Shown here piece by piece: positions 46,249 to 55,543 of a stretch of 64,000 nucleotides of DNA (position 1 is its first letter; each line of letters begins with the position of its first letter). The translations under genes were made by a program, and so were the position numbers. Location: the NCBI GenBank assembly GCA_031377675.1, contig JANMFC010000526.1:120-64119 (forward strand), written 5' to 3'. The notes under the pieces are model-generated. The model was not told the DNA's origin. It ran no database searches and saw nothing but the letters and a program-made list of their open reading frames with translations. This stretch comes from Pseudanabaena sp. OTE_70b_metabat_355 (lineage in GTDB: Bacteria > Cyanobacteriota > Cyanobacteriia > Pseudanabaenales > Pseudanabaenaceae).

Positions 46249-47259
46249 TTAGATCAAGCTAATGATTGTATCCACTAGGCGATCGTAAAAGAAATAATCA
46301 TGAGCGCCAATAGTTTTAATCACTTCACCGCCAAATTGTCGCTTAAACCGCGAAAAATTGTAGTAGGCATGATCGGGATCGGCGCTGTAGCCGTAAAAAT
46401 CATAAATCTTGCAGCCCCGTTGTTTAGCCCGTTGAATCGCCGCCCAATGCAGACTATATGCTGGCATTACCTGCCGATCGCGATCGCTGCGACCACCATA
46501 AAGATAGGTACAGCCATCGCCCCAATATATCAATAAAATTGCAACTAAAGTTTCGTTATTGTATTTTGCCAAGCCAATTTCCGCCATTCCTTCTCGAAAT
46601 AGGCTTTGACAAAGCTTGATAAAAAAACTATAAGGTTCGCTTAAAAAACCTTGTCTTTGAGCAGTTTCATAAAATAGATCAAAAAATATGGGAATCGCCG
46701 CATCATCGCTACGAAAAGAAGTCTCAACGCCATAGCGCCAACTCAATCGAAGGTTATAGCGCCCTTTGGGGTGCATATTTGCCAGTAGTTCTGTTTCGGT
46801 TTGGAGTAAATCAATCCAAAGTGTTTCCGATGGCATCAAATCCGCAGGCGATCGCCGAAAGTTGTGATCGATCCATGCAGGTTTAGTTGATAACAAAGGT
46901 TCAATGCGTAAAGCGATCGCGCCGCCAGATTGTGATGAACTTTGAGCAATTTTTTCTGCTTCTGATAGTAAAAGTTTAACTCCTTCTATTTGCGAATTGG
47001 GTGATGAATTTTGTGACAAGATGGGAGCGGCGGGAGCAAAAATTATATTTGCGGAACTAGGTTGGGGATAGAAGTAGAAAATACAACCACCAACTAACTC
47101 ATGGAATTGATCAAATAGTCCATAGCGAAAGGTTTGATAACCATCGAGTTCGCGAAAGTCAGCCCAGCCCCAAGACTGCATGAAACAACCGTGATGCGAT
47201 AACTTAGTAAGTCGATCCCATGCAAGGCGATCGCTATTTTCCAATCTTCTGACTATCAC
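46249..47259 (-). CDS. FemAB/FemX-like (lipid II:amino acid ligase-type GNAT) protein
   Basis: FMQS.GW..F, TL.IDL...E.ELLA.M.PK.RYN.R, YLYGG and YDFYG...FKRQFGG motifs. The GTG start overlaps the upstream stop. Confidence 0.82.
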   Translation of the reverse strand: MIVRRLENSDRLAWDRLTKLSHHGCFMQSWGWADFRELDGYQTFRYGLFDQFHELVGGCIFYFYPQPSSANIIFAPAAPILSQNSSPNSQIEGVKLLLSEAEKIAQSSSQSGGAIALRIEPLLSTKPAWIDHNFRRSPADLMPSETLWIDLLQTETELLANMHPKGRYNLRLSWRYGVETSFRSDDAAIPIFFDLFYETAQRQGFLSEPYSFFIKLCQSLFREGMAEIGLAKYNNETLVAILLIYWGDGCTYLYGGRSDRDRQVMPAYSLHWAAIQRAKQRGCKIYDFYGYSADPDHAYYNFSRFKRQFGGEVIKTIGAHDYFFYDRLVDTIISLI

Positions 47260-48773
47260 TTTTTCTTTTCGGTATTAGCAAGATGAATCAGCCAATAAAT
47301 ACCGCCCATAGTCATCATTAATCCAATCGATCCTAAACCAACATCCCCTCCACCCGTGCCACCAACGGAAGTCGATCCTTTGGCAAATACGGCATCGGGA
47401 GCCGCAAGATTGGCAACTAGTAAAGTTAAAGAGAGAATCGCAATTACTTTTGCTGTATTGAGATTGAAGGTAGGACGGGTTGTAGAATTTGCCGAATTTT
47501 CGTAAATTAGCTGCACCGAATCCCCCTCTGTAAGTTGCTTTTGGAAAACAATCAATTTAGTTTGTAATTCACGCAAATCATTAGCAATTTCTTGGGGAAG
47601 CTCTTGCGATCGCTCTAATAACTTGGTAATTAAGCGCGACAGATCAATTTGATTGAGTAACTGCTTGACTCTGGTTAGCCATTCTTGAGAAATTTCGGGC
47701 GTATGAGAGTGATGCTGAGCAGGAATTAAGAGGCTTTCGGGATTAGATTCTAACTGGTTGAGCCAAGCTTGAGCTAAGGATTCTAAGCTCATGGGATCAT
47801 TACTCACTACACTTTTGGGAGTTAGGGCGATCGCCTCATCTCGTTCCTGTAAATCTAGAAAATCAACTTTTTGTAGTTCTAATTGTGATGGTAATATTTG
47901 CAAATTATGATTATTGCCACGATTGAGTAAATAGAAAAATAGTTGAGAAGAATTATGTTGTTGGGGAATTACGGAATTTCGTAACGAGGCGATCGCTTGA
48001 TCAAATACAAATAACTGGGGCAGAGCCTCTAAGGTTAAGGCTTGTAATTTCGGTGGTAAATCCAGCTTGGCAAGTTGATCACGCATCACCTCTTGTTCCG
48101 AAGCTAGCAAAAATCCCCAACTCCCATAATCATGATTCGTAAAAGAAGGAATCTCTAGCTGCATCGGCTTCACATCAAAACCTGCGGCTTGGATGGTTTG
48201 ATCAATACACCAAAAAGCTAATGTATTGCGATCGGGAGAAACTGCATTAGTGGCGATCATCCCTGAAGGAACAAGAGCTTGCTTCAGCAGAAAGAACCAT
48301 TCTAAACTATAAATTTGAGTTTCGGCAACGGAATATGGATAGGTAAAATCACAGATAATCACATGATAGCGGTGCGCTAGATTCTCTTTGAGAATGAACT
48401 CTTGCGTGATTCTATTTAGATAGGCAAAGGCTTCATGAATATGAATCTTAACCTTGGGATTAGATAAACTGTCATGATTAAAAGCCGCAAAATCTTGCTT
48501 TCCTAAATCGATAACTTCTTGAGAATAATCCACTAAATCAATGTGACTAACTTGGGGATATCGCAAAATATCCCGCACCGCCAGTCCATCACCACCGCCA
48601 CAAACCAGCACCCGCAAATCTTGATCAGGAAATCGCTGCACTGCCAAAGCGATCGCAGGAATGGTCAAATACTCATGATAAATCGCTTCATCAGCGCTAT
48701 GAAATTGTAACTCTCCATTAATATAAAAAGCAGTTCCATTAGCTTGCTGCTCGACAAATAAAGAAGTTGTCAT
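47256..48773 (-). CDS. Spermidine-synthase-like aminopropyltransferase with C-terminal helical/transmembrane extension
   Basis: GELQF.S.DE.IYHE, VLVCGGGDG, IDLVD and VIICD motifs; C-terminal hydrophobic helices. Confidence 0.8.
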   Translation of the reverse strand: MTTSLFVEQQANGTAFYINGELQFHSADEAIYHEYLTIPAIALAVQRFPDQDLRVLVCGGGDGLAVRDILRYPQVSHIDLVDYSQEVIDLGKQDFAAFNHDSLSNPKVKIHIHEAFAYLNRITQEFILKENLAHRYHVIICDFTYPYSVAETQIYSLEWFFLLKQALVPSGMIATNAVSPDRNTLAFWCIDQTIQAAGFDVKPMQLEIPSFTNHDYGSWGFLLASEQEVMRDQLAKLDLPPKLQALTLEALPQLFVFDQAIASLRNSVIPQQHNSSQLFFYLLNRGNNHNLQILPSQLELQKVDFLDLQERDEAIALTPKSVVSNDPMSLESLAQAWLNQLESNPESLLIPAQHHSHTPEISQEWLTRVKQLLNQIDLSRLITKLLERSQELPQEIANDLRELQTKLIVFQKQLTEGDSVQLIYENSANSTTRPTFNLNTAKVIAILSLTLLVANLAAPDAVFAKGSTSVGGTGGGDVGLGSIGLMMTMGGIYWLIHLANTEKKK

Positions 48774-48776
48774 GAC

Positions 48777-49466
48777 TTACCAATCCCCCGTAACCATCAA
48801 AATAAAGCCAGCGATTACCAGTCCCCACGCACAGACCCATTGCCAAGTGCGATCAGGTTGGCTCTTTTGTGTGTAATTTGGAGAAGCCGCCGTTAATTTC
48901 TGGGGAGCAGCCGACTTCTCGTTCATTTCAAATTCATCAGGGCTAACTTTTTTGGTGGAATAGACGTGAAGTTCCCGACCTTGCCAAGCCTCGATCGCTA
49001 AATTCCAGAGATGCTCTTCATCCCAATAGTCCCATGTGGTGCGTGATTCGCGATTATCTTCACTTTTGTAAGTTCCTTCTGTTTCCGACTCAAAGTAATA
49101 CAGCCGTCCCATTGCCCGCAATTTGGGATATGGCTCACTATGATTATGCATTGCATCCCAAAGCCCAAAGCGAATATCGTCACCTACATGTTCTCCAGCA
49201 ATGCGATCGACGGAAATCTCTTCGGATATATACCAATTAATGTTCGTTTCTAGATCGTCAGGATCAACATCAGGATCGACTTCTCTCAATAGATAATAAT
49301 CGGAGTTATGAGAATGAAGTAACCACTCCATCATTTCATATCCATTAGCATCATCATAGGTACTGAAGTCTTCAATCGTCCATTGTTTACCGCCATAGGC
49401 AACGCGATCGCCTGTTCTCAGTCGTGGCAGAAAACTGATGTAGTCAGTGTCAAGTGATTTTTTCAC
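48777..49466 (-). CDS. DUF4178 family protein with C-terminal TM helix
   Basis: L..GD.V.Y.G..W.IE, W/MEWLL and WDYWD motifs; typical neighbour of SpeE-like genes. Confidence 0.72.
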   Translation of the reverse strand: MKKSLDTDYISFLPRLRTGDRVAYGGKQWTIEDFSTYDDANGYEMMEWLLHSHNSDYYLLREVDPDVDPDDLETNINWYISEEISVDRIAGEHVGDDIRFGLWDAMHNHSEPYPKLRAMGRLYYFESETEGTYKSEDNRESRTTWDYWDEEHLWNLAIEAWQGRELHVYSTKKVSPDEFEMNEKSAAPQKLTAASPNYTQKSQPDRTWQWVCAWGLVIAGFILMVTGDW

Positions 49467-49677
49467 GATTTTACTGCAAATCTGTCAGATCGTATAACTT
49501 AATTTTACAACGCTAAGCGATCACCTGATTTTCAATTTCATAGGCGATCGCAACAAAGTTATCAATATTGCTGAAAACCCTGAAGAATTTCGATATACTT
49601 AAAAGCTATAGCGATCGCCAAATCATAAAATCACAGATGTAAACTAACCAATACTTCAAAAAACATTAAAAATACTT

Positions 49678-50895
49678 ATGCAAATTCATCGATTAGCTCT
49701 AAAAAACTTTAAGTGCTTTAAAGAAGTAGATGTTTCCTTCTCAAAAATAACTCTGCTTACAGGTGAAAATAGCAGCGGTAAAAGCTCTCTAATATATGGA
49801 ATATTATCACCATTACAAAGCCTTAATTTATATGGAAACTCTTTCCCATTGTATTTATCATTTAACGGTGATTATGTAAACATGGGAGGATTTGAAGAGG
49901 TGTCATTTAATCATAATTTAAAAAACAATTTAATGATTGACTTAAGTATGTCTTTTAAAAACAATAGTTACAACTTTAAAACATTTTGGTATTTTGATAA
50001 AATAAGTAACTCTCCAAAATTTAGTAGCTTAAGTATTCCAACAATAGGTGACATAGAAAAGAGGACTGATTCACCATCATATATTGTTGACTTTCAAATG
50101 CCAAATAGATTGAAATATTCTAATAGTGACAATATAGATTATGATAGCATTCTGTATGATCTTGAGATATCTACTTACTTTGAATATACTAGCGAGCTTT
50201 CAGACGATTTAAATAGAGATTTGATTAACAATTTTAATTTCATTAGTGCATTTAGATCTCAGCCTGAGCGTACTTATTATCAATCTCTAACTAGTAATAA
50301 AGTAGACAAATTTGGTGGTGGTTACATATACCAAATTTTGGATTGGGGAGATAATCAATCAGAAGAATTATTTGATTTGATTTCTATTCTTAAAGATTTA
50401 AATATAACTCATGATCTCAAACCCCATAAATTATCAGGTGGAAGATTTGATATAAAGGTTAAAGTAAAAAATAAAAGCAAGTGGGAATCTCTGCCTGATG
50501 TTGGTTTTGGTATTAGTCAGTTTTTACCGATTATTGTTGCCGATTTACAATTGTCAGATAATTCAACATTAATAATGTCTCAGCCAGAAATTCATTTACA
50601 TCCATCTATTCAAGCTAATTTAGGCGACTATTTAGTTAAGCAAGTTAAAGAGAGAAATAAAAATTATATTGTTGAAACTCATAGTGAATATTTGCTTAAT
50701 AGAATGAGATTGCTAATTGTTAAAGGAGAAATCCAGCCAGAAGATGTGGCGGTTTATTATTTTGAAAACTCGATTAAAGATGGTAGTGTTGCTCATCGAA
50801 TTGAATTTACCAAAGATGGACAAATCTTAAATGCTCCCAAAGGATTCTTTGAGACATATATGATTGACACAATGGATATTGCTCTTAATGCTTGA
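49678..50895 (+). CDS. ABC/AAA_21-type ATPase with DUF3696-like C-terminus
   Basis: Walker A TGENSSGKS, signature DVGFGISQ, QPEIHLHP, VETHSE H-loop; AT-rich. Confidence 0.88.
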   Translation: MQIHRLALKNFKCFKEVDVSFSKITLLTGENSSGKSSLIYGILSPLQSLNLYGNSFPLYLSFNGDYVNMGGFEEVSFNHNLKNNLMIDLSMSFKNNSYNFKTFWYFDKISNSPKFSSLSIPTIGDIEKRTDSPSYIVDFQMPNRLKYSNSDNIDYDSILYDLEISTYFEYTSELSDDLNRDLINNFNFISAFRSQPERTYYQSLTSNKVDKFGGGYIYQILDWGDNQSEELFDLISILKDLNITHDLKPHKLSGGRFDIKVKVKNKSKWESLPDVGFGISQFLPIIVADLQLSDNSTLIMSQPEIHLHPSIQANLGDYLVKQVKERNKNYIVETHSEYLLNRMRLLIVKGEIQPEDVAVYYFENSIKDGSVAHRIEFTKDGQILNAPKGFFETYMIDTMDIALNA

Positions 50896-50932
50896 TAGAT
50901 TTGACTTTTAAAGTTTAATTAAAAAATTTCTA

Positions 50933-51415
50933 ATGACTAGAAAAGATATATTTATCGATAATAATATAGCCAAAAACTTCTCTCATCCCCTCGATCCTGA
51001 GTATAAGCAACTTATTAAATGGCTAATAGAATATAACTCTAATCCCAAAAAACATGATGACAACGCTCACCTAGTTATTTCTCAAAAACTGATAGCCGAA
51101 TATTACCGAACGATGGGTCATGCCGCATCGGGAAATAACATCGCTGTGATTATTAACCTATTAACCGCTCAAGGTCGATTAAATCGAATCAGTAACGAGC
51201 AAATTAAAGAATTTAAGCAAAAGTACTTTACAAATAAAGTAAAACGACGATTAACCTCCAATGAAGAAGATCGAGAGCATATTCCCGTAGTTTTGTTATC
51301 CGATCGCAAATATGCTCTGACCTTAGACGAAAAGTTTACCGATGACCTGCTAAACTTTCCGAGCTTTACCGCGACAGTGGGCAAAAAACCATCAGATATT
51401 CCCTATGATAAATAA
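50933..51415 (+). CDS. PIN-like fold protein (putative nuclease)
   Basis: IFIDNN strand-Asp, IAEY, EDREH and LTLDEKF acidic pattern resembles PIN domains; recognised by eye only. Confidence 0.55.
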   Translation: MTRKDIFIDNNIAKNFSHPLDPEYKQLIKWLIEYNSNPKKHDDNAHLVISQKLIAEYYRTMGHAASGNNIAVIINLLTAQGRLNRISNEQIKEFKQKYFTNKVKRRLTSNEEDREHIPVVLLSDRKYALTLDEKFTDDLLNFPSFTATVGKKPSDIPYDK

Positions 51416-51508
51416 TGTAAATACTCAGATCGTGTAGTTTTTGACTTAAACCTAGGGCAGTTGCGTTAAACTAAAAAGCTTAGTCTCTTAATATGTAGTT
51501 GCTTTCCG

Positions 51509-52027
51509 ATGGAGTCACTGTTTTCTACTCAAGGCATCATGGTTATGCTGCTTGGTGCATACGCTGTTGCCATGTGGATGTTCCTCACCAGCGCACCTAA
51601 AGTACATACGATTATGGTGTCCAATCTCGATCAAGCGCGATACTTCTACGAAGGCGAGCTAAAACTGCCGATCGCCGATGTGCCGCTACATTATTACTAT
51701 GGCTATGAATATGGCATGGGCGCACCAGCCGATCCAATTTATATCCCCGCTACCGCTCGAACTGCTAAATCTAAGTATTCGGCAGAGATGGAGGGCGCTT
51801 GGTATCAGCTAAAGAAAAACGTGCAACTGCACATTGTTCCTGGAGCCAATGCTACCGATCACGATCGCGGACGACATATTTGCTTTAATCGTGACTGTGT
51901 GGAGCAGTTATTGCTACAAATTCAAGTGCGCGGGATCAAGCACAAAGTTCGGAGTGAAAAGCCATTAAATTTTTTGGTTAAAGATCCCGATGGTCAAGTT
52001 ATCGAAATAGCTGAAGTTCTTAGCTAA
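51509..52027 (+). CDS. Glyoxalase/VOC-like protein with N-terminal TM helix
   Basis: VHTIMVSNLDQAR.FY, W..L..N.QLHI, RHICF and VKDPDG..IEI motifs. Confidence 0.78.
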   Translation: MESLFSTQGIMVMLLGAYAVAMWMFLTSAPKVHTIMVSNLDQARYFYEGELKLPIADVPLHYYYGYEYGMGAPADPIYIPATARTAKSKYSAEMEGAWYQLKKNVQLHIVPGANATDHDRGRHICFNRDCVEQLLLQIQVRGIKHKVRSEKPLNFLVKDPDGQVIEIAEVLS

Positions 52028-52031
52028 AAAT

Positions 52032-52068
52032 GTAAGGATAGGCGGCGCAAAGCGCCGCCTATCCTTAC
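52032..52068. terminator. Perfect 17-bp stem hairpin with AAA loop
   Basis: GTAAGGATAGGCGGCGC-AAA-GCGCCGCCTATCCTTAC. Confidence 0.72.
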
Positions 52069-52112
52069 TTATTATATGGGTGTGGTTCTGATTAGAACTT
52101 GTAGGCTAAAAA

Positions 52113-52736
52113 ATGTCTGATATGTCGATGCAATTACAAAAAACACAACTACAAAAATTAGTGATCGCCAGTGGTAATGCTGGCAAAATCAAAGAATTTC
52201 GCGATTACTTAGCAGATTTAGGCGTAACCCTAGTTGCTAAGCCAGACGAAATTGATGTCGAAGAGACAGGCGTTACTTTCATTGAGAATGCCCATCTTAA
52301 GGCTTCTCAAGTAGCGATCGCCACTAATGAATGGGCGATCGCCGATGACTCTGGACTAGAAGTAACCGCCCTCAATCGCGCACCAGGAGTTTTATCGGCA
52401 CGATATGCAGACACAGATAGCGATCGCATTAATCGAGTTTTGCAAGAATTAGCGGAATATGAAATAAATAATCAGCCCAATCGTGAAGCTCAATTTGTTT
52501 GCGCGATCGCGATCGCCTCACCTGATGGCGCGATCGCTGCCGATGCAATTGGGATTTGTAAAGGCGCGATCGCGGATAATTCACGCGGTAATGGGGGATT
52601 TGGTTATGATCCTATTTTCCTAGTCACCGAACTTAATCAAACCTTCGGTGAGATCCCACCTGAAGTCAAAGCGAAAATCAGTCATCGAGCCGAAGCTCTG
52701 GCGATATTACGTTCTAAGCTAAAATCTTTAGCCTAG
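52113..52736 (+). CDS. rdgB: RdgB/HAM1 non-canonical purine NTP pyrophosphatase
   Basis: ASGNAGKIKE, EETG.TF.ENA..KA, ADDSGL, PGV.SAR, GFGYDPIF and K..ISHR motifs. Confidence 0.94.
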   Translation: MSDMSMQLQKTQLQKLVIASGNAGKIKEFRDYLADLGVTLVAKPDEIDVEETGVTFIENAHLKASQVAIATNEWAIADDSGLEVTALNRAPGVLSARYADTDSDRINRVLQELAEYEINNQPNREAQFVCAIAIASPDGAIAADAIGICKGAIADNSRGNGGFGYDPIFLVTELNQTFGEIPPEVKAKISHRAEALAILRSKLKSLA

Positions 52737-53341
52737 GTTTGGTTGCATTGGGAATCTGAAGCTACGCGCATTGAACCTAATATTGTTGAAATAATTACGC
52801 ATTTTCGGCGATCGCCTGAATTAGTCTTGAACGTGATCTTCCCGATTTGCCCGTTGGGACTGCCATTAGTCTTAAACTGAATTCGATACACATCTGGGTT
52901 TGAAACTATGGATAGTTTTGTGAAGGTTGTCTTTGGTTGTGGTTCAGTATTCTCAACAATTGTCACCTCTGCATCAAAATTTTGCCAAGGTAGGCTATCC
53001 CAATATGGCTGGGTGGGGTTAACGGGAGGAGCTTTATGGAGAGCATATTGAAAGGAAGTGGCGGTGTTCCTAAAAGACGCTTGCCACACAGTTTGAGTCC
53101 GCTTGGCATTGCTTTGAGCTAAACGTAAAGTACTAAAAGCCTGACTCTGTGCCGAGTTCAATCTTTGGTTGTTCACAAAAGCGTTCCAAGATGGTGCGGC
53201 GATCGCGGCGAGTATGCCCACCATTATCGTTACGACTAAAAGTTCTATAAGTGTGAATCCCAAGGATTTCGTATTGCGACGGTGTATCGGCTTAAATAAC
53301 CTTGCCAAGATTCTCTTAACGAAAGAATAAAATTTAAACAT
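52733..53341 (-). CDS. FimT/FimU-like minor type IV pilin
   Basis: Prepilin motif SLG|FTLIELLVV..MVGILAAIAAPSW. Confidence 0.85.
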   Translation of the reverse strand: MFKFYSFVKRILARLFKPIHRRNTKSLGFTLIELLVVTIMVGILAAIAAPSWNAFVNNQRLNSAQSQAFSTLRLAQSNAKRTQTVWQASFRNTATSFQYALHKAPPVNPTQPYWDSLPWQNFDAEVTIVENTEPQPKTTFTKLSIVSNPDVYRIQFKTNGSPNGQIGKITFKTNSGDRRKCVIISTILGSMRVASDSQCNQT

Positions 53342-53360
53342 GATTTACCTTACCGATTTA

Positions 53361-54746
53361 TTACTTGATCCCGATCGCACTACGTCCAAAGCTACGCATA
53401 TTGGCAGTCGGGAAAAAAGATGTGTTGCCTTCATTGGGCTTTCGGGAATTGCGTTGGGGTGTAGTGGTTCCCATTCTCGCTAGGGCATTGCCCCTCATAA
53501 ATAATCGCACAGTCACATTTTTAGGTGCAACACAAGCATAAAAGCTACTTAGTCCAGCAGGGTTGGCAGTGGCGCTAGTAAAATCCGCAGGTACTCGTTG
53601 TGTCACTGTGCCTGTGGCGTTAGTCGTGGTTACGGGGTTAGGATTGCCCACGCCGATCGAAGGATCATCACAGTCTGGGTTGGTAACTACCCCTGAAATC
53701 GTGACGTTTTTGCCAACAGGAATGCGTAGTGCAGCAGTGGCGGTTGATGGTGAGCCTGCATCATTGTTGCCGCCTTGAGTTGCGTCATAGGCTGTGTCAT
53801 CCATGAAATCGACAAGAGTAAGAAATTTATTTGTGTTTAGATTATAGTCAGTAAATTTTTTCCAACTGAGAATGCTGGTCGCACTAGAAAAATCTGGACG
53901 GTTGAAGCCTTGATCTGGCTCAATGAAGTAATAGTTTTTGTCTTCTAAAATTACAGGTGTAGTGATTACGCTTGAAGACGTGGCATCCCTTTGATCAGCT
54001 AAATTTGTTGGACAGTTAGCGGTGTCGGTGATAGTGCCGCCAGTGCTGCAATACCAAGGGTAGCCGTCACTAATTTCCCATCGCAGGATACGGGCTGTAT
54101 TTGACCAGACAGAGCTACCGAGACTTACATCATTTTTGAGATAGTAGGCCACTAGCGAATAGGCATAAACCTCGCGTCCAAAAGCTGACTCATAAGGATT
54201 CTTAGATACACTGGTGGATCTACAGTCGCTAGGATCTTTATAAGGCATACAACCAAGTTTTTCACTTTTAGGATCTGCCCCAGACTTTGAGTATTTTTCA
54301 ACTGTATCGGGGGGGAAAGATATTCTTTTCCAGAAGACTAGAATTGGTGTGCAGTTGGTAGAATCGCAAGTCTGACTATCATTAGTAGGGGCGGTCTGTT
54401 TGTGGGGTAATTGATCATTGATACCCATAAGCCCTTCAGCGCCGTAGATATACATTGCTTCTTGCAGGTCATCAGCAATATAGGCAATCGCTGCTTGTAG
54501 TTCTTCTTGAGCATTAGACTTAGCGGTTTCTCGGCGATCGCTATCTAGTACGCCTACCAAAAAGCTCAACATCACTACCACCATAAAGGTGGCAATTAGT
54601 GCGGCTACTATTAGCTCTATTAGGGTGAAACCATCTGTTAGACCAACAACTAGTCGGCGATCGCGGTGTAATTTAGAGCGCCGCTTCGATGGATTATTAG
54701 CGATCGCTGTTATTTTGAGAAACAATCTGCGAAACCAGATTTTCAT
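53361..54746 (-). CDS. hpsC: HpsC / PilW-like minor (pseudo)pilin
   Basis: TDG|FTLIELIVA, DRRETAKS.AQEELQAA..YI..DL.EA and PILVFWK; position in an hpsA cluster. Confidence 0.75.
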   Translation of the reverse strand: MKIWFRRLFLKITAIANNPSKRRSKLHRDRRLVVGLTDGFTLIELIVAALIATFMVVVMLSFLVGVLDSDRRETAKSNAQEELQAAIAYIADDLQEAMYIYGAEGLMGINDQLPHKQTAPTNDSQTCDSTNCTPILVFWKRISFPPDTVEKYSKSGADPKSEKLGCMPYKDPSDCRSTSVSKNPYESAFGREVYAYSLVAYYLKNDVSLGSSVWSNTARILRWEISDGYPWYCSTGGTITDTANCPTNLADQRDATSSSVITTPVILEDKNYYFIEPDQGFNRPDFSSATSILSWKKFTDYNLNTNKFLTLVDFMDDTAYDATQGGNNDAGSPSTATAALRIPVGKNVTISGVVTNPDCDDPSIGVGNPNPVTTTNATGTVTQRVPADFTSATANPAGLSSFYACVAPKNVTVRLFMRGNALARMGTTTPQRNSRKPNEGNTSFFPTANMRSFGRSAIGIK

Positions 54747-54781
54747 TGACTTCTAGACCATTCATTCTAATTTCTGATGGA

Positions 54782-55507
54782 TTAATTTCTGGAACCGATG
54801 CCTGTCTTAATGTGATCAAGGTTATTAGCATTGACCGTTGGCACTACCTGCGATCGCATCGTCACCAAGGGACAGAGGATCGAAGTTGTGCTAGAAAAAG
54901 CGATTTTGCTTAAAGCACATTCTGATTCGGTGCCTTTTTTGAGAGTATTTGTACCACTTAGAGCATCAGCACGATAGACCCGTACCGCCAACCAAAAGCC
55001 CTGACGTTGCAGATCCTTTGCTGCTGTTAGTGAAGAACTCAAAGGTCCACTTCTCATCGGTTGAATTACTAGATCTTGCGGATCATTAATATTAAACCCA
55101 TTACCATCGGCATCAATTCTAATACCGCGTACTCGGTTAGTCGCTGTAGTACTGTCGAGAGCCAACAAAGTGGCTGTAGGCGGGGCGATGCCCTCAAAGG
55201 TGTACTGCCCTTGAGCATTTTGGCTACTCGCTGTAGGCGGTAGCACGATATTGTCAGGAAAGGTCGTCACATCAATTACGCCGCCGCGCACAGCATCTAT
55301 GTAAGAACGGGCGGCTTGGGTGGCTTGGTCGATACGTCTAGCATTGATCCGCGCCGAAGTGGATAGAGCCACCATCGGCGCGATCGCCACAATCAAAATG
55401 CCCACCACCGCCGCCGCCACTAGTGACTCAATCAATGAAAATCCTGCTTCGGTACTAGTGTTTTTAGCAGTTTTACATTTCATGGGTTTCAAATTTAGAC
55501 TTGACAT
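54782..55507 (-). CDS. hpsB: HpsB / PilV-like minor (pseudo)pilin
   Basis: EAG|FSLIESLVA, AR.I..A.Q.ARSYID.VR; start placed at ATG 55507 (track start 55543). Confidence 0.72.
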   Translation of the reverse strand: MSSLNLKPMKCKTAKNTSTEAGFSLIESLVAAAVVGILIVAIAPMVALSTSARINARRIDQATQAARSYIDAVRGGVIDVTTFPDNIVLPPTASSQNAQGQYTFEGIAPPTATLLALDSTTATNRVRGIRIDADGNGFNINDPQDLVIQPMRSGPLSSSLTAAKDLQRQGFWLAVRVYRADALSGTNTLKKGTESECALSKIAFSSTTSILCPLVTMRSQVVPTVNANNLDHIKTGIGSRN

Positions 55508-55543
55508 AAACCACCTTGAACAAAGAAAAGTTGCAAAGCTCAT

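Noticed and set aside
49485-51433. 9-bp direct repeat TCAGATCGT (49485-49493 and 51425-51433) flanking the AT-rich cassette as an att site or TSD
   Set aside because: It is short and contains GATC, which is over-represented here; chance occurrence is plausible and no integrase is nearby.
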